DNA of 64,000 nucleotides from Verrucomicrobiaceae bacterium (GTDB lineage Bacteria; Verrucomicrobiota; Verrucomicrobiia; Verrucomicrobiales; Verrucomicrobiaceae): positions 601,060 through 665,059 of the forward strand of contig JABTUN010000003.1 of the NCBI GenBank assembly GCA_015075365.1. The letters run 5' to 3'. Numbering within the stretch: the first letter of the stretch is position 1; each line of letters starts with the position of its first letter. The position numbers were made by a program, and so were the translations under genes. Below are positions 17,424-29,694 of the stretch, piece after piece. Below the pieces are notes generated by a model. That model saw only the letters and a program-made list of their open reading frames with translations. It was not told where the DNA came from and made no database searches.

Positions 17424-19580
17424 GTGTCCGAAACTGCCGCCCATGAAACCCCGATCCATGACGCCCGCGAGGCTCTGCGCCGGTATTTCGGCTTTCGTGA
17501 GTTTCTCGACGGGCAGGAGGCGGTGATGGCGGCGGTGCTGTCCGGCCGGGACACGATGGTGATCATGCCCACGGGCGGCGGCAAGTCGCTGTGCTACCAA
17601 CTGCCCGCGATGGTGATGGACGGCGTCACCGTCGTCGTGAGCCCGCTGATCGCGCTGATGAAGGACCAGGTGGACGCGCTGGAGCGGCGCGGCATTCCCG
17701 CCACGCTCATCAACAGCAGCATCACGCTGGCGGAGCAGCAGCGGCGGCTGGAGGCGCTGCGCGGCGGGGAGGTGCGGCTTGTTTACGTGGCGCCGGAGCG
17801 CTTCCGCAGCCGCAGCTTCATCCACGCGCTGCGGCAGGTGCAGATCGCGCTGTTCGCGGTGGATGAGGCGCACTGCCTTTCGCAATGGGGGCATGATTTC
17901 CGCCCGGACTACATCCGCCTGGGCGAGGCGCTGGAGCAGCTTGAGCGGCCGCAGGTCATCGCGCTCACAGCCACGGCCACGCCGGAGGTGCGCGCGGACA
18001 TCCAGCAGGTGCTGGCATTGCGTGATCCGCATGTCGCCATCCGCGGCTTTGAACGGCCGAACCTGAGCCTGAACGTCGTGCATGCCAAGACCAGCGATGA
18101 GAAATACCAGCGGCTGCGGAAACTGATCGCCGCGCAGAAGACCGGCATCGTGTACTGCGCCACGCGTAAGCGGGTGGAGGAGGTGGGCGCGGAGCTGCGT
18201 GACATGCGCATCCCGTGCGTGGAATACCACGGCGGTCTCGATGACAAGGAACGGGAGAAGCGGCAGAACCTCTTCATCGCGCGCGACATCGACGTGGCCG
18301 TGGCCACGAACGCCTTCGGCATGGGCATCGACCGGCCGGATGTGCGCTTTGTGGCGCATTTTGACGTGCCGGGCAGCGTGGAGGCCTATTACCAGGAGGC
18401 GGGCCGCGCGGGACGCGATGGCGAGCCCGCCGTGTGCGAGTTGTACTTCAACTTTGCCGACACGCGCACGCAGGAGTTCTTCATCGAGGGCAGCAATCCG
18501 GGGGTGGACATCATCCGCGCCACCTACCAGGCGCTGCTGAGCCATGCCAACGCGCAATACGAGGTCACCGCGTCGATTGACGACATCACGGACTTCACCG
18601 GGGCGAAAAACAGCATGGCGGTGAGCTCCAGCCTCAGCCACCTCAGCCGCCTTGGTGTGATCGAGCGGTTCGACATCCCGGGCAAGCGCATCCGCGGCAC
18701 GCGTCTGCTCCAGCCGGAACTGCGCGCGCGAGACCTGCCGCTGGATGTCAAGGCGCTGCAGGAGAAGGAGCGGCGCGACCGGGCGAAGCTAAAGGCGATG
18801 GTGGACCTCTGCTACGATGACAAAGCCTGCCGCCAGGAGCAGATCCTGCGCTATTTTGGCGAGGCGGAGAGCACGCCGTGCGGCTCTTGTGATGTGTGCC
18901 GCGCGGAGGGCGTGCAGGCTCCGCGCGAGGGCACGCCGGAGGAGGTCACCCTGCTGCGCCAGGTGCTCAGCGGCATCGCGCGCATGTCCACGCGCCACCG
19001 TGACGGCACCTGGGAGGCACGTTTTGGCAAGGGACGCATCATCAACATGCTGGTGGGCAGCAAGTCGAAGGACATCGTCGATGCCGGGCTGGACCAGCTC
19101 TCCACTTATGGCCTGCTTAAACAGGCGGGCAGCAACGCGCTGCACCCGCTTTTCGCCGAGATCGAAAAGGCCGGTCTCATCACCACCACGACGGACGAGT
19201 TTCCCAAGGTGACTCTCACCAGCCGGGGCGCGGAGGTGATGAAGGGCGGTGGAAACATCCGCATCCGCTGGCCGGCGGACTCCCCGGCCTCCAGGCCGTC
19301 GAAAGCCTCCAAAACGGCGCGCAATGAGGAGCTGGCGGCGCGTGAGCTGGGCTTTGACGAGGCTTTGTTCGAGAAACTGAAGCGTCACCGTGCCGCGCTG
19401 GCCCAGGCGGAGGGCGTGCCCGCCTTCATGATCTTCAGCAACCAGACGTTGGAGTTCATGACGCGGCTGAAACCGCAAAACATCGCGCAGGGACGTGACA
19501 TTCGCGGCGTGGGCGACCGCAAGGCCCAGATGTACCTGCCGGAGTTCATCCAGATCATCAAGCGCCACGCCAAGGCGTGA
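17424..19580 (+). CDS. recQ: RecQ family ATP-dependent DNA helicase
   Basis: [50 protein letters not shown], Zn-binding [13 protein letters not shown] and HRDC domains. GTG start inferred. Confidence 0.93.
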   Translation: MSETAAHETPIHDAREALRRYFGFREFLDGQEAVMAAVLSGRDTMVIMPTGGGKSLCYQLPAMVMDGVTVVVSPLIALMKDQVDALERRGIPATLINSSITLAEQQRRLEALRGGEVRLVYVAPERFRSRSFIHALRQVQIALFAVDEAHCLSQWGHDFRPDYIRLGEALEQLERPQVIALTATATPEVRADIQQVLALRDPHVAIRGFERPNLSLNVVHAKTSDEKYQRLRKLIAAQKTGIVYCATRKRVEEVGAELRDMRIPCVEYHGGLDDKEREKRQNLFIARDIDVAVATNAFGMGIDRPDVRFVAHFDVPGSVEAYYQEAGRAGRDGEPAVCELYFNFADTRTQEFFIEGSNPGVDIIRATYQALLSHANAQYEVTASIDDITDFTGAKNSMAVSSSLSHLSRLGVIERFDIPGKRIRGTRLLQPELRARDLPLDVKALQEKERRDRAKLKAMVDLCYDDKACRQEQILRYFGEAESTPCGSCDVCRAEGVQAPREGTPEEVTLLRQVLSGIARMSTRHRDGTWEARFGKGRIINMLVGSKSKDIVDAGLDQLSTYGLLKQAGSNALHPLFAEIEKAGLITTTTDEFPKVTLTSRGAEVMKGGGNIRIRWPADSPASRPSKASKTARNEELAARELGFDEALFEKLKRHRAALAQAEGVPAFMIFSNQTLEFMTRLKPQNIAQGRDIRGVGDRKAQMYLPEFIQIIKRHAKA

Positions 19581-19581
19581 T

Positions 19582-21501
19582 CTACGGCGCGGCGGGACGC
19601 AGCGTGGCTGCTTGCACGCGCACCGCCTCGTCCTGCTTCGTCAAGACCTCCTGCAACCGCGTCTCGTCGCCGCCAAACCGGGAGACGAGCCGCTGTGCGA
19701 TGGCGAACGCGGACTCGAACCGCCCGTCACCATCCGCGTCGAGCCAGATGGGATTGGTGGCACCGATGACGCGCGGTGTGAAGGTCTTGCTGGCCGGTTG
19801 ATACGGTCGCGGAATCTCCCAAAACGGCCCGGTGACACCGGGGCCGGTGGCGATGGCGACGAGATGCACGTCATGCGCGGGTTTGGGCAGCTTCCAGGTG
19901 ATGCGAGCCTTTTCACCGGCCTTGCCCGTGTCTTCGATCTTCTGCTCGCGAACGCGGATGCCGTTGGCGAGGAGTTCGACGTGATCCGCTTTCGTCCAAG
20001 CGGGTCCGCTCACGATGATTTCGACCTCCACCTCATCCGCGAGACCGGTGGCGGTGTCCCCGATGCCAAAACGGCCGTTGACCTTCATCGTCGTCATCAG
20101 GCCGAGGCTGACAAGCAGGCGGCCCTCGTGATAACAGCGCCAGATTTCATCGAGATCGAGCTTTGCGGGATTTTCATCCTTGGCGGCCACATAAGTACGC
20201 CCCTGGCCGAGGATGAAGCGGTTCACGTCATGGGTGTCGCTGGAGGCCACCGCGGCGATACGATGTCCGCGGTTGAGCAGCGCGAACCAGTCGCGGAAAA
20301 GCAGATGAATGTCCGATTGCATGGCCGCGGAGGTGACGACCTCCAGCGCGTCGATCTTGAGAGTGTCGGCTTGGCGGTGCTTGCCGGTTTTGGGATTGAA
20401 CTGCACGCCGCCGAGCGGGATGAAGCCGCTGTGCAGGTCACGCGGATGATTCAGAGTGATGACTTGCACGCCGGGCGTGGCGCGGATGGCGGGAAGGAGT
20501 TTTGACCAGTCCAGTTCGGTGTGATCGACGGGTTTCGTGCCGGGCAGGATGGGGAAGGCATTGAAGTGGCCCTGCTTGGTCGTCACCTCGTTGCCGATGA
20601 CCGGCGTGAAGTGCTCCGCCACGCCCATGCTGGCGGCGGACGGTGCGTAATCGGCATGATGATTGTGATCCGTGGCGATGGCGAGCTCGATGCCCTCACC
20701 CGCGATGGTGAGCATGCGCTCCTCGATCTTCGCGTCACCATGACCGCTGTGGGTGAGCGTGTGGATGTGGCTGTCAGCGGCGATCCAGCCGCGCGTGTCC
20801 ACCTCACGCTCGAGTTTCAAACGCAGCTCTCTGGCATCGCCGGGCTGCAACGAGATCTGTGCTGTGACCAGGCCCCACTCGAATCCGCGTCCCGCGTGCA
20901 GCAGATAGTCACCCGGAGGCACATGGAGCGTCGCGCGGCCCTGTCTTGTGTAAACCACGCCCGTGCGCACCGCGACCTCGCCGGCGGGTTCCGCGCGCAA
21001 GGGCTGCAAGGTGCCGTCTTTTCGCGTCAACGTGAGGCGGCAGGGCAGGGGGCCGGCGTTGACCTGGATCGTCGCGCCGCCGATCACCTCCTGCTGCGGA
21101 CGCGAATCGAGAATCACCGGCCCGACCTCGGTGTCATCCAGCGCGGAGGGCGCGTCGATCACCAGCAGGTTTTCACCATTGCGCAACGCGCCCGCGGGCA
21201 CGGTGAGCACGCATTCGAGCGGCGTTTCCGCGTTCGTAAGCGTGCCGATGCGGCGGCCGTTGAGCATGACGGGCCAGATCAACTTCACATCCCGCTGCCA
21301 GATGCGCAGCGTGTGCGCCGAAGTGTTGGTTTTTGCCTCAAAACGGCGTTCCAGCCGCTCCGCGTCCACCGGTATGTCTTTGAAGCTCTCCCACTCAAAC
21401 TGGCCGCTTTTGCCGAGATGCAGTTTATTGGCCTCCAGCACGATTTCCTGGCCCAAGGCGGTCCCTGCAGCCCACACAGCCAGAAGACGCGCCCAGTTCA
21501 T
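19582..21501 (-). CDS. CehA/McbA family (PHP-like) metallohydrolase, secreted
   Basis: [34 protein letters not shown] and SSDTH motifs. Confidence 0.85.
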   Translation of the reverse strand: MNWARLLAVWAAGTALGQEIVLEANKLHLGKSGQFEWESFKDIPVDAERLERRFEAKTNTSAHTLRIWQRDVKLIWPVMLNGRRIGTLTNAETPLECVLTVPAGALRNGENLLVIDAPSALDDTEVGPVILDSRPQQEVIGGATIQVNAGPLPCRLTLTRKDGTLQPLRAEPAGEVAVRTGVVYTRQGRATLHVPPGDYLLHAGRGFEWGLVTAQISLQPGDARELRLKLEREVDTRGWIAADSHIHTLTHSGHGDAKIEERMLTIAGEGIELAIATDHNHHADYAPSAASMGVAEHFTPVIGNEVTTKQGHFNAFPILPGTKPVDHTELDWSKLLPAIRATPGVQVITLNHPRDLHSGFIPLGGVQFNPKTGKHRQADTLKIDALEVVTSAAMQSDIHLLFRDWFALLNRGHRIAAVASSDTHDVNRFILGQGRTYVAAKDENPAKLDLDEIWRCYHEGRLLVSLGLMTTMKVNGRFGIGDTATGLADEVEVEIIVSGPAWTKADHVELLANGIRVREQKIEDTGKAGEKARITWKLPKPAHDVHLVAIATGPGVTGPFWEIPRPYQPASKTFTPRVIGATNPIWLDADGDGRFESAFAIAQRLVSRFGGDETRLQEVLTKQDEAVRVQAATLRPAAP

Positions 21502-22838
21502 GCGAGGAGGTCTTTCACGACCTTGCCGCCCTCGAGGCCGGTGAGGCGGATGCGGCGTCCGCCGCTGACAATGGCCAGATTCTCGTGATCGAGGCCGAGC
21601 AAATGCAGGATCGTGGCGTGCAGATCACGGAAATGCACCGCGCCCTCGACGACGCTGCTGCCGTTCTCGTTCGTGGCACCGTGCACGTGGCCGGCCTTCA
21701 CGCCGCCACCGGCCATCCAGAAGGTGAAGGCGCGGTGCTGGTGGCCGGTCTGGTCTTTGTCCTGGCCCGGCGTGAGGCCCGGACGGCCGAATTCACCACC
21801 CCAGACGACGAGCGTGTCCTCCATCAGGCCGCGCTCGTCGAGATCGTCGAGCAGCGCGGCGATGGGCGCGTCCGTGGTGGCGCAGTTTGCGGTGAGGTCA
21901 CGGCGGTGGTCGGTGTGCTGGTCCCAACTGCCGTGCGTGATCTCGATGAATCGCACGCCCGCCTCGCAGAAGCGCCGCGCCAGCAGGCACTGGCGTCCAA
22001 AGTCGCTGCCTTTGCAGGTGCCGACGCTGTAATTTTTCCCCACGGCATAGCGCTCCAGCGTGGCTTTCGACTCCTGGCCGAGGTCGAGCAAGTGCGGCGC
22101 CTGCGCCTGCATTCGGAAGCCGAGTTCCAGGGTCTGGATGACGCCTTCGAGCTGCGCGTCGTCGGCACGCAGACGCGCGTGATCGCGGTTCATCGTCTGG
22201 ATGAGGTCGAGCTGGCGGCGCTTCACGCTGAGAGGCAGGTGGTCGCTGAAAATGTCACCGATAGTGGCCCTGCTCATGTCCTCGCCATTCACACCGATGG
22301 GCGTGCCGCCAAAGACGGCGGGAAGCTGCGCGGCGGCGTACTGCGAGGGCTTGGAAGTGTTGAAGCTGATGAACCCAGGCAGGTTCATGTTGTCGGTGCC
22401 GAGGCCGTAGGCGACCCATGCGCCCATGCTGGGGCATGGGCGCAGGCGGTCGCCCGTGTGGAGCTGGAGGCTCGATTGCGCGTGGATGCTGGTATCCGCG
22501 GTCATCGAGTTGATGACACAGAGCTTGTCGGCATGACGCGCGATGTTTGGCAGCAGGTCACTGACCCACAGCCCGCTGCGGCCGCGTCGCTTGAAATCCG
22601 CGATGGAGCCCGCGTGCGGCTTTTTCCCGGCCTGCGGCTTGAAATCAAAGGTGTCCAACTGCGCCGGTCCGCCGGCCATGTGGAGGAAGATCACGCGTTG
22701 CGCCCGTGCACGCAGCCGTGGCGGGCGCGGCGTCAAATCCGCTGCCGACGCCCCCGCGAGGCCGGACATGGCGAGATAGCCGAAACCGCACGAGGCGGCG
22801 CGGAGCATCTGGCGGCGGGAGGAGGGCAGGGGAAGCAT
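21498..22838 (-). CDS. DUF1501 family protein (Tat-like signal)
   Basis: [57 protein letters not shown]. Confidence 0.88.
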   Translation of the reverse strand: MLPLPSSRRQMLRAASCGFGYLAMSGLAGASAADLTPRPPRLRARAQRVIFLHMAGGPAQLDTFDFKPQAGKKPHAGSIADFKRRGRSGLWVSDLLPNIARHADKLCVINSMTADTSIHAQSSLQLHTGDRLRPCPSMGAWVAYGLGTDNMNLPGFISFNTSKPSQYAAAQLPAVFGGTPIGVNGEDMSRATIGDIFSDHLPLSVKRRQLDLIQTMNRDHARLRADDAQLEGVIQTLELGFRMQAQAPHLLDLGQESKATLERYAVGKNYSVGTCKGSDFGRQCLLARRFCEAGVRFIEITHGSWDQHTDHRRDLTANCATTDAPIAALLDDLDERGLMEDTLVVWGGEFGRPGLTPGQDKDQTGHQHRAFTFWMAGGGVKAGHVHGATNENGSSVVEGAVHFRDLHATILHLLGLDHENLAIVSGGRRIRLTGLEGGKVVKDLLA

Positions 22839-22892
22839 CTCACCACCATACGGCGCGTGGGGAGGCATGCTTTCCCAGGAAGGCGGCGCGGC

Positions 22893-25800
22893 TCATGGAA
22901 TGAGCACGCGGTAGAAGCGCCGGGTTTTGTTGACCGCGTTGAGGTCCGTCCAGGTCGTGGTCGATCCGGTGGCGGTGATGATGAGCGGGGTCCATTCGAC
23001 CAGGTCGTCGCTGTATTCGATGCGGTAATCATTTCCGGCCACGCTCGGGAATTCAAGCGTGGTGGCGGCGGAGCGGGTGAGCACCGTTTGGGGCAGGCTG
23101 TTGCGGTCATTGTCGCTGGTGCCGAACCAGTTTTCGAGATCGGCATGGATTCCATCGCCGTCATTGTCGGAATGGATGGCGAATTGATCGACGAAGCCGG
23201 AGTCCAGCCCGCGCGCGGTGGCCGCGTCCTTGCTGTAGGCCCATTTGAGCGTGTGGACGCCGGCGGGAATGAGGAATCCCTTTCGCGTCCATCCCACCTC
23301 GCCGCTGATGGCCTCCTGCTCGACGTCATCCATGAAGAAGCGCAGGAAATCATAATCCTCCTCCGATGACACACCCCAGTAGAAGGTTACTTTGCACGGG
23401 CCGGTGACCTGCGTGGTCATCACGCTCTCCTGGTCATGGTCGATCGGGCCGCTGCGGGCCGCGTCCTCGCCATCGCGTGCGTACAGCCACTGCGGCACCC
23501 AGGCGAGGTCGCCGCCGGAGGTGATGGTCTGCGCTGGCGCCTCGATCACGGCGGCGAGACCCTGCTCCACCGTGCCGACCTGGAGCGTGATCGTTTTGGA
23601 GGTGGTGCCGAAAGTGTTCGTGGCATGAATGGTGACCGGGAAGCTGCCAATGGTGGCGGCGCTGCCGTAAACCAGGCCCGTCGAGGGATGAATCGCGACG
23701 CCTGCCGGCAAGCCGTCCGCAGCAAAGGCCGACGGCGCGTGCTCCGCCTCGATTTCCTCCCGGAAATACACGTTTTGATACACCTGCACGGTGGTCGTGG
23801 TGATGACCGGAGGCACGCTGGTGGGCGTGATGACGATTTGGTCGATCCAGCCCTTGTCCTGCCCCTTGGCGACAAATGCGTCTTTGAAGTAGTAGATGTC
23901 CACGTTGTGCTCGCCGGGGCCGATGTCGGTGGTCACCTGGGTCCAGTCCACCTCGCCGCTGATGTAGCCCTTCAGATAGCCGTCCACGGTGAGCACCATG
24001 TAGTCCCCGTTCTTCTCGGAAGAGACCTTCCACTGAAACTGGAGGCGCGCGGGGCCGTTCACGGTGAACTCGATGCCGGAATACTCCTCGTCATCGACGA
24101 TGGCGGTTTCGATGGCGTCGATGCCGTCGTGCGTGACGATGTTTTGTGAAAATGGATCGCCAAAGCCAAAGGGGACGATCTTTGTGGTGGAGGGCTGCTC
24201 CGTGGCGGTGGAGAGCAGCGGCTCCGCGCCGAGCATGAGAAAATAGGCGCTCTCATAGGCCCAGCCGGCGGCGTTTTGAGCGCCATGCACGGCGGCCCAG
24301 ACGCCTGTCTCCACCGGTGTGCCGGAGATGAGGCCGGTGGCGGCATTGAAGGACAGGCCGGCGGGCAGTCCGCCGAAAAACTCGAAACCCACATAGAAGC
24401 TCGTCGGTGAGTGCGCGGCCGTGAGCTGATGCTCCATCGAAAGGCCCTCGCGTCCCACAATGATCCACGGGGAGGTCATCACCGGCGTGGGGAGCGGTGC
24501 TGTCACCGGTGTGCCGCGGAAAGTGATGGAGACCTCGTCGAGCGTGCCGGTATGATCGACCATCGTGTCCCTGACGCGCAGCTTCCAGGTGCCCTCGGAG
24601 CGCTCCCCCCAGAAATGCGTGCTCATGAAGGTCCAGTTCACATTGGCGCTGCGGTCATTGAAGCGCGCGCGGGCCAGGCGGGAGGTCACGCCACTGGGGG
24701 AGACGAGTTCCCAGTCCAGATTTCCGGCATAGGGATGCGTGGCCTTCACCTGCACCAGCACCTGCTCCAGCCGGAGATTGTCGGCCGGCAGCACGGTGAA
24801 GCTGCGCGTGATGCCGTCCTCATCGAAGTCAGGAATGGGCTGGGCGAGCGCGGTCTGCGAGATCGTGCGGGTTTGGACAGGATCGAGGTTCACCCAGGAC
24901 GCCGCGAGGTCGGTGGCCGCCTTCGCATTCACGAGTCCCGCGCCGTAGCGGTGGTGAAAATGAAAGCCGCCGCCATTGGTCACCCAGCCGCCGGAGTATT
25001 CGTCGTTCTTCACGGCAGTATGCACGAGGATGTCCTGCACATCGCGGTAAGTGAGGTTGGGATTGGCCTCCAGCATGAGGGCTACCACGCCGGCCACGGC
25101 AGGTGTGGCGGACGAGGTGCCGTTGAAGGTGTTCGTGTAGTCCGTGTTCGTGAAATCCGGCCGCTCCACGAGCCCGCCGTCCTCATTGTAGCCGGATGCG
25201 CCGGTCCTGTCCGTGGTGGTGATGTCCTGCTTTCCGCCGCCGGATGGGGCGCACACGAGGATGTTTGCCCCCGGCTCGCTATAGAACGCGGGCTTGCCCT
25301 TGTCGTTGATGGCGGACACAGCGATGGAGAAGGGCGTGTTCGCCCAGCCGTCGTAGTTGGAGTCATCACCCGCGTAGTTGCCGTTTCCCGCCGCCCACAG
25401 GAAAATCGTGCCCTTGCCGCCGCGTCCGGTCAACGCGGCGTCCTCCAGCGCCGCGCGCGCCAGCGGACCGGGGCCCGAGGCACCGTAGGCGTCGTCGAAG
25501 GGCCCCCAACTGTTGCTGCGCACCTGGATGATGTCCTTTTTGAAGGCGAGCATGTCCGCGTCCTCAGCATCGGTGGTCGGCGCGGTGATGAATTTCAGCC
25601 CCACCAGCGTGGCCTGGGGCGCGGTGCCGCTGACACCGATGCCGTTGTTGCCGCGCGCGGCCGCCACACCGGCGCAGGCGGTGCCGTGGAAGTCCTCCGC
25701 TCCCGGCGAGGGGTCGGTGTCGCCGCCGTTGAAGTCATATCCGTTCAGCGTGTCGATATTCGCGGTGAGATCCGGGTGCGAGAGCTCAAGGCCGTCGTCC

Positions 25801-26351
25801 ACAATGCCGATCCGCACGCCAGTTCCCTTGTAGTTGTCCCAGGCGGTCACCACTTTGAGGTCCACGCCGGCAGTCGCGCCGTTTTGCCCCGTGTTTTGCA
25901 GGTGCCACTGGTAACCCGGGCTGGACGCGTTGTGCGCAAAGAGCGGATCGTTCGGCACGGCCATGGGGAACCAGCGGCGCGCCAGCATTGGCTCCGCGGA
26001 GAGCACCTGGGGCAGATTCTTGAGCCGTTCAGCACCGCGCAGCCCCGCGTCCTCCCTGCCGTCGAACTCCACCACGGCATAGCGCCCGCGCGCCTCCGCG
26101 CGCCGCACCCCGGGGATGCCCTCCAGGTCGCGTGCGCCTTTTCCCCGCTGTAGCTCGACCAGCACGCGCTTCGTCAGCCAGCGTCGCGTGCCTTCGTTGC
26201 GCGGCGCTCCCTCTTCATACACCACCCATTCCCCGCGCGGGCCGGCCTCCTCGATCGCACGGACAAACCGCCGGTTTCCGACCGCGATTTGCCCGCATGC
26301 CGTGGCAGCGAGGACAAGGAGGCTGAGAAAGGCGAGGAAACGCATCCGCAT
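22893..26351 (-). CDS. S8 kexin/proprotein-convertase-like serine peptidase with P domain and putative Ig repeats
   Basis: Catalytic IVDDG, HGTACAG and GTSSATP motifs, a P-domain (LVSPSG..WTFMST..GTWKL), GLPAGL Ig repeats and a C-terminal YRIEYSDDL..RFYRV motif. Confidence 0.9.
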   Translation of the reverse strand: MRMRFLAFLSLLVLAATACGQIAVGNRRFVRAIEEAGPRGEWVVYEEGAPRNEGTRRWLTKRVLVELQRGKGARDLEGIPGVRRAEARGRYAVVEFDGREDAGLRGAERLKNLPQVLSAEPMLARRWFPMAVPNDPLFAHNASSPGYQWHLQNTGQNGATAGVDLKVVTAWDNYKGTGVRIGIVDDGLELSHPDLTANIDTLNGYDFNGGDTDPSPGAEDFHGTACAGVAAARGNNGIGVSGTAPQATLVGLKFITAPTTDAEDADMLAFKKDIIQVRSNSWGPFDDAYGASGPGPLARAALEDAALTGRGGKGTIFLWAAGNGNYAGDDSNYDGWANTPFSIAVSAINDKGKPAFYSEPGANILVCAPSGGGKQDITTTDRTGASGYNEDGGLVERPDFTNTDYTNTFNGTSSATPAVAGVVALMLEANPNLTYRDVQDILVHTAVKNDEYSGGWVTNGGGFHFHHRYGAGLVNAKAATDLAASWVNLDPVQTRTISQTALAQPIPDFDEDGITRSFTVLPADNLRLEQVLVQVKATHPYAGNLDWELVSPSGVTSRLARARFNDRSANVNWTFMSTHFWGERSEGTWKLRVRDTMVDHTGTLDEVSITFRGTPVTAPLPTPVMTSPWIIVGREGLSMEHQLTAAHSPTSFYVGFEFFGGLPAGLSFNAATGLISGTPVETGVWAAVHGAQNAAGWAYESAYFLMLGAEPLLSTATEQPSTTKIVPFGFGDPFSQNIVTHDGIDAIETAIVDDEEYSGIEFTVNGPARLQFQWKVSSEKNGDYMVLTVDGYLKGYISGEVDWTQVTTDIGPGEHNVDIYYFKDAFVAKGQDKGWIDQIVITPTSVPPVITTTTVQVYQNVYFREEIEAEHAPSAFAADGLPAGVAIHPSTGLVYGSAATIGSFPVTIHATNTFGTTSKTITLQVGTVEQGLAAVIEAPAQTITSGGDLAWVPQWLYARDGEDAARSGPIDHDQESVMTTQVTGPCKVTFYWGVSSEEDYDFLRFFMDDVEQEAISGEVGWTRKGFLIPAGVHTLKWAYSKDAATARGLDSGFVDQFAIHSDNDGDGIHADLENWFGTSDNDRNSLPQTVLTRSAATTLEFPSVAGNDYRIEYSDDLVEWTPLIITATGSTTTWTDLNAVNKTRRFYRVLIP

Positions 26352-26481
26352 GAAGACAATCGGGCGGTGACGATGCTCACAAACTCCGCCGATGGCGAGC
26401 ACAATTCACGTCCACGCATGCCCAAGGCAGGCGGAGCAGCGAGCGGCAGAAGCGACGAAACTGAACATCCATAACCAACCT

Positions 26482-26901
26482 ATGAAACGCAACGACCCCA
26501 TCTCCCATCTGATGACCCGCCATGTGATCTCCGTCCACCACGGTGATCCGATCTCCAAAGTGCGCGCCCTTGTCCGCGAGCATGGCGTGCATCACATCCC
26601 GGTCGTTGATGGCGACCAACTGGTGGGCATCATCACTTGGAGCGATATCTTGCGAGTCAGCTTTGGCGACGCGTTCGGCACGGACGAGCGTGAGGTGGAT
26701 GCCACGCTGGATCACACACTCACGCTGGAGCAGGTGATGAAGAGGAATCCGGTGACCTTGCAAGAGACCTCCACCGTGAGGGAGGCGGCAGAGATTCTTG
26801 CCAGGAGTGATTTCCATTCGCTGCCCGTGGTGAATGGGAACAAGCTGGTGGGCATGGTCACCACCACGGACTTGATCCGCTATCTGCTGGAGCAGTTTTA
26901 A
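26482..26901 (+). CDS. CBS domain protein
   Basis: Two CBS repeats (HHIPVVDGDQLVGII; HSLPVVNGNKLVGMVT). Confidence 0.9.
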   Translation: MKRNDPISHLMTRHVISVHHGDPISKVRALVREHGVHHIPVVDGDQLVGIITWSDILRVSFGDAFGTDEREVDATLDHTLTLEQVMKRNPVTLQETSTVREAAEILARSDFHSLPVVNGNKLVGMVTTTDLIRYLLEQF

Positions 26902-28316
26902 AACGTCTTGCGGAGGTGGCTGGGCAGGATGCCCAGCGCCTCCCGGTATTTGGCGATCGTCCGGCGCGCGACCTTGATGCCCTGCTTGTCGAGCAGTTTG
27001 GCGAGCTTGTCATCGCTGAGAGGCTTGTTCTTGGCCTCCGCCTTCACCAGTTCCGAGATGGCGTTCTTGACGCTGGTGTTGCTCATGTCCTCACCGGAGT
27101 CGGTCTTCACCCCGTGGGTGAAGAAGTACTTCAGCTCGTACACCCCGTGCGGCGTGGCGATGTACTTGCCTGCGATGGCGCGGCTGACGGTGGTTTCATG
27201 CACCCCCACATCCGCCGCGACAGTGGCCATGTTGAGGGATTTCAGGTGGCCGAGGCCTTTTTCCAGGAAATCACGCTGATGGCGCAGAATCTCAGTTGCG
27301 ATCTTGTGGATCGTCTGCTGGCGCTGATGGATGCAGCGGATGAGGAATTTGCCGCCGCGGATTTTGTCACGCACATAGTCGCGCACCTCGCCATTGCTGC
27401 CGGGTTGCGCCAGCAGGTCCTTGTAGGTGTTGCTGATGCGGAGCTGCGGCAGGTCGTCGTTGGTCATCACCGCCACCCAGCTGCCGTTGTGGCGCTCCAC
27501 CACCACGTCCGGGGTGACGTAGTTGTTCGATGACACGGCAAAGCGCTGCGCGGGCCGTGGATCGAGCGTGCTGATGAAATCGGCCGCGCGTGCGATCTGT
27601 TCGAGCGGCACGCCCAGCTTGCGCGCGATCACCGGGAAGCGCTTGTTGGCCAGGTCGTCGAGATGCTGCTCCAGCACACGCCAGGGCAGGCTGCCTCTTT
27701 TGCCAAGACGCTCCAACTGCACCATCAGACACTCCCGCAGGTCCTCGGAGCCCACCCCCACCGGGTCAAAGCCTTGCAACAGACGCTTCGCAGCCCGCAA
27801 CTCGTCGATCGGAATGCCCTGCTGCAGGCTGATGTCGTCGATCTTCGCGTTCAGGAAGCCACGGTCGTCGAGGTTGCCGATCAGGTATTCCACATGCGCG
27901 GCGACACGCGGGTTCTTTACGTCGGCCGTGTGCAGTTGGGAAAGGAGATGCTCCTGCAGCGTCGTGGGCACCACGATGCTGTCCATGAGGAACTGCCAGC
28001 GCTCCTGGTCATCACTCCGGCGTGACATGGTCTGCTGGCGGCTCTGCTGCCAGTATTCCCGCCATTCCTCGTCCATCTGGGTGAGGTGGTCGAGATCATC
28101 GGCGTCCCCCGACCGGTCATCGGGATCGTCAGGCACCGCGTCCTCTAGCGAAGTCTCGGGAGCCTCCAGTTCCAGCACCGGGTTCACCTCGATCTCCTGC
28201 TGGATGATCTGGCGCAGTTCCAGGGTGGGCGCTTGCAGGATTTGCAGGCTCTGCTGCATTTGCGGCCCGATCGCGAGCTTTTGTGTCTGAAGTTGCTGGA
28301 GGCCTTGGCTTGCCAT
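26898..28316 (-). CDS. rpoN: RNA polymerase sigma-54 factor
   Basis: Gln-rich region I (QMQQSLQILQ), HETTVSRAI and the RpoN box ARRTIAKYRE. Confidence 0.97.
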   Translation of the reverse strand: MASQGLQQLQTQKLAIGPQMQQSLQILQAPTLELRQIIQQEIEVNPVLELEAPETSLEDAVPDDPDDRSGDADDLDHLTQMDEEWREYWQQSRQQTMSRRSDDQERWQFLMDSIVVPTTLQEHLLSQLHTADVKNPRVAAHVEYLIGNLDDRGFLNAKIDDISLQQGIPIDELRAAKRLLQGFDPVGVGSEDLRECLMVQLERLGKRGSLPWRVLEQHLDDLANKRFPVIARKLGVPLEQIARAADFISTLDPRPAQRFAVSSNNYVTPDVVVERHNGSWVAVMTNDDLPQLRISNTYKDLLAQPGSNGEVRDYVRDKIRGGKFLIRCIHQRQQTIHKIATEILRHQRDFLEKGLGHLKSLNMATVAADVGVHETTVSRAIAGKYIATPHGVYELKYFFTHGVKTDSGEDMSNTSVKNAISELVKAEAKNKPLSDDKLAKLLDKQGIKVARRTIAKYREALGILPSHLRKTF

Positions 28317-28503
28317 GATTGGTTGGTCGGGGTTGGCACCCAAACACCAACCTCACCCACCCTTCAAGCAATGACCGGGCCAAGCCTCAGTATTTCTCAT
28401 TCCTCAGAAAAAAAGACGGTTGTGGCACGCCAAAAAAAGAGCAGCCCGGAGGCTGTTTGCCTGCCGGGCTGCGCTGTGAAAAGAAAAAGAGCCGTGCCGG
28501 ACT

Positions 28504-29358
28504 TCAAGGCACCTCAAAAACCTTCTGCGTCGTCGGGTCCAGCGCCAGGGAGCCGCTGTCGAGCCCCGTGACATCGAGCTCCTTGTACGGCGGGTAGGGG
28601 CTGATCACACGGCCGGGCTTGCTCGTCTTTTTACCCTTCAAAAAGGAGCCGGAGTTGCTGGAGGCGGGGAATTCGGCTGGTGGATCATCCTTCGACTTCG
28701 TTTCGGTGCGGCGCGGGGCCACGGGTTCAGGCTCTTTTTCCTTCACGGGCGGCGGCGGAGCCGATTGCGTCTTGGGGGGGGATGTCTTTGGTGCTGGGGC
28801 GGGCTTCGATTTGCTGCTGGAGGTCTTCGGGGCTGGGGGCTCCACACGGGGAGGCGAGTATTTGCGTGGTGTGGACGTGGCCGGCTTGCCGGCCGTCGGC
28901 GGAGTCTTCGTCACCGGTGGCGGTGTGACTGGGGCGGGAGGATAGCTGTAGCGTGGAGAGGTCGCGGGCGGCGGCGTCTGGTACTGCGGTTGCGAGTAGC
29001 TGGAGGGTGGCGGCTGTGGATAGGCCGGCGCCTGATATTGGCGCGGCGTGCTTTCGAGACTGCGGCCCTGGCCATACGAAGGTGGTGGTCCGTAGGCGGA
29101 CGAGGGGTAACCGGGGGCCTCCTCCCCATAAAAGACACGGCGCACGGCCTGCCCCACCCTCTGGCCCAGGCGCGGGATGAAATCCAAGGGGCCGCCCTGG
29201 CTGGCAGGCTGCTGGTATTGGTAATAATTCGGCGGCGGCTGGCTGTAGCGCGGCGGCGGCTGGGAATACGGCTGCGCCCCTGCAACCACGGCGGTGGCAA
29301 ACGAGGCCGCGGCGACCATGAACACATGGTGGCGGGTGAAAGGGGTCGAGATGCTCAT
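28504..29358 (-). CDS. Proline-rich hypothetical secreted protein with conserved-looking C-terminal domain
   Basis: Signal peptide, P/Q/Y-rich low-complexity body, and C-terminal PGRVISPYPPYKELDVTGL.SGSLALDPTTQKVFEVP. Confidence 0.75.
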   Translation of the reverse strand: MSISTPFTRHHVFMVAAASFATAVVAGAQPYSQPPPRYSQPPPNYYQYQQPASQGGPLDFIPRLGQRVGQAVRRVFYGEEAPGYPSSAYGPPPSYGQGRSLESTPRQYQAPAYPQPPPSSYSQPQYQTPPPATSPRYSYPPAPVTPPPVTKTPPTAGKPATSTPRKYSPPRVEPPAPKTSSSKSKPAPAPKTSPPKTQSAPPPPVKEKEPEPVAPRRTETKSKDDPPAEFPASSNSGSFLKGKKTSKPGRVISPYPPYKELDVTGLDSGSLALDPTTQKVFEVP

Positions 29359-29694
29359 AATTGTTAGTATTTGTTAATTTTCAGGCTCTTCAAGCTGCAT
29401 TTTCCGCGCCCAGGAGCGATTCCCGGGGCGCGGGGCGCACGGGGACGATGGACGGAGTCGCGCAGCGATTGTTCATGAAGGTTTTAGGCCTTCCTCAATC
29501 AAAGAGAACACCCGGCAGGAATTCCGGGCACCCTCTTCTGCCCTCCTGTGATGCTCAGTGCAGCGCGCTTGGCAGGCTAGGAAACTGCGGACTAAGCACT
29601 GAGAACCGAGCACTTCACACCAGCGCGGATTTGAGAAACCCGGGTTAGGAGGCATACGGCCGGTGGGCGGCGCGCGGGCGGGTTCGAGTGCTCC

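Noticed and set aside
28330-28430. Sigma-54 promoter motifs near rpoN and at about 46130
   Set aside because: TGGCAC is present but without the TTGC -12 element at the right spacing.
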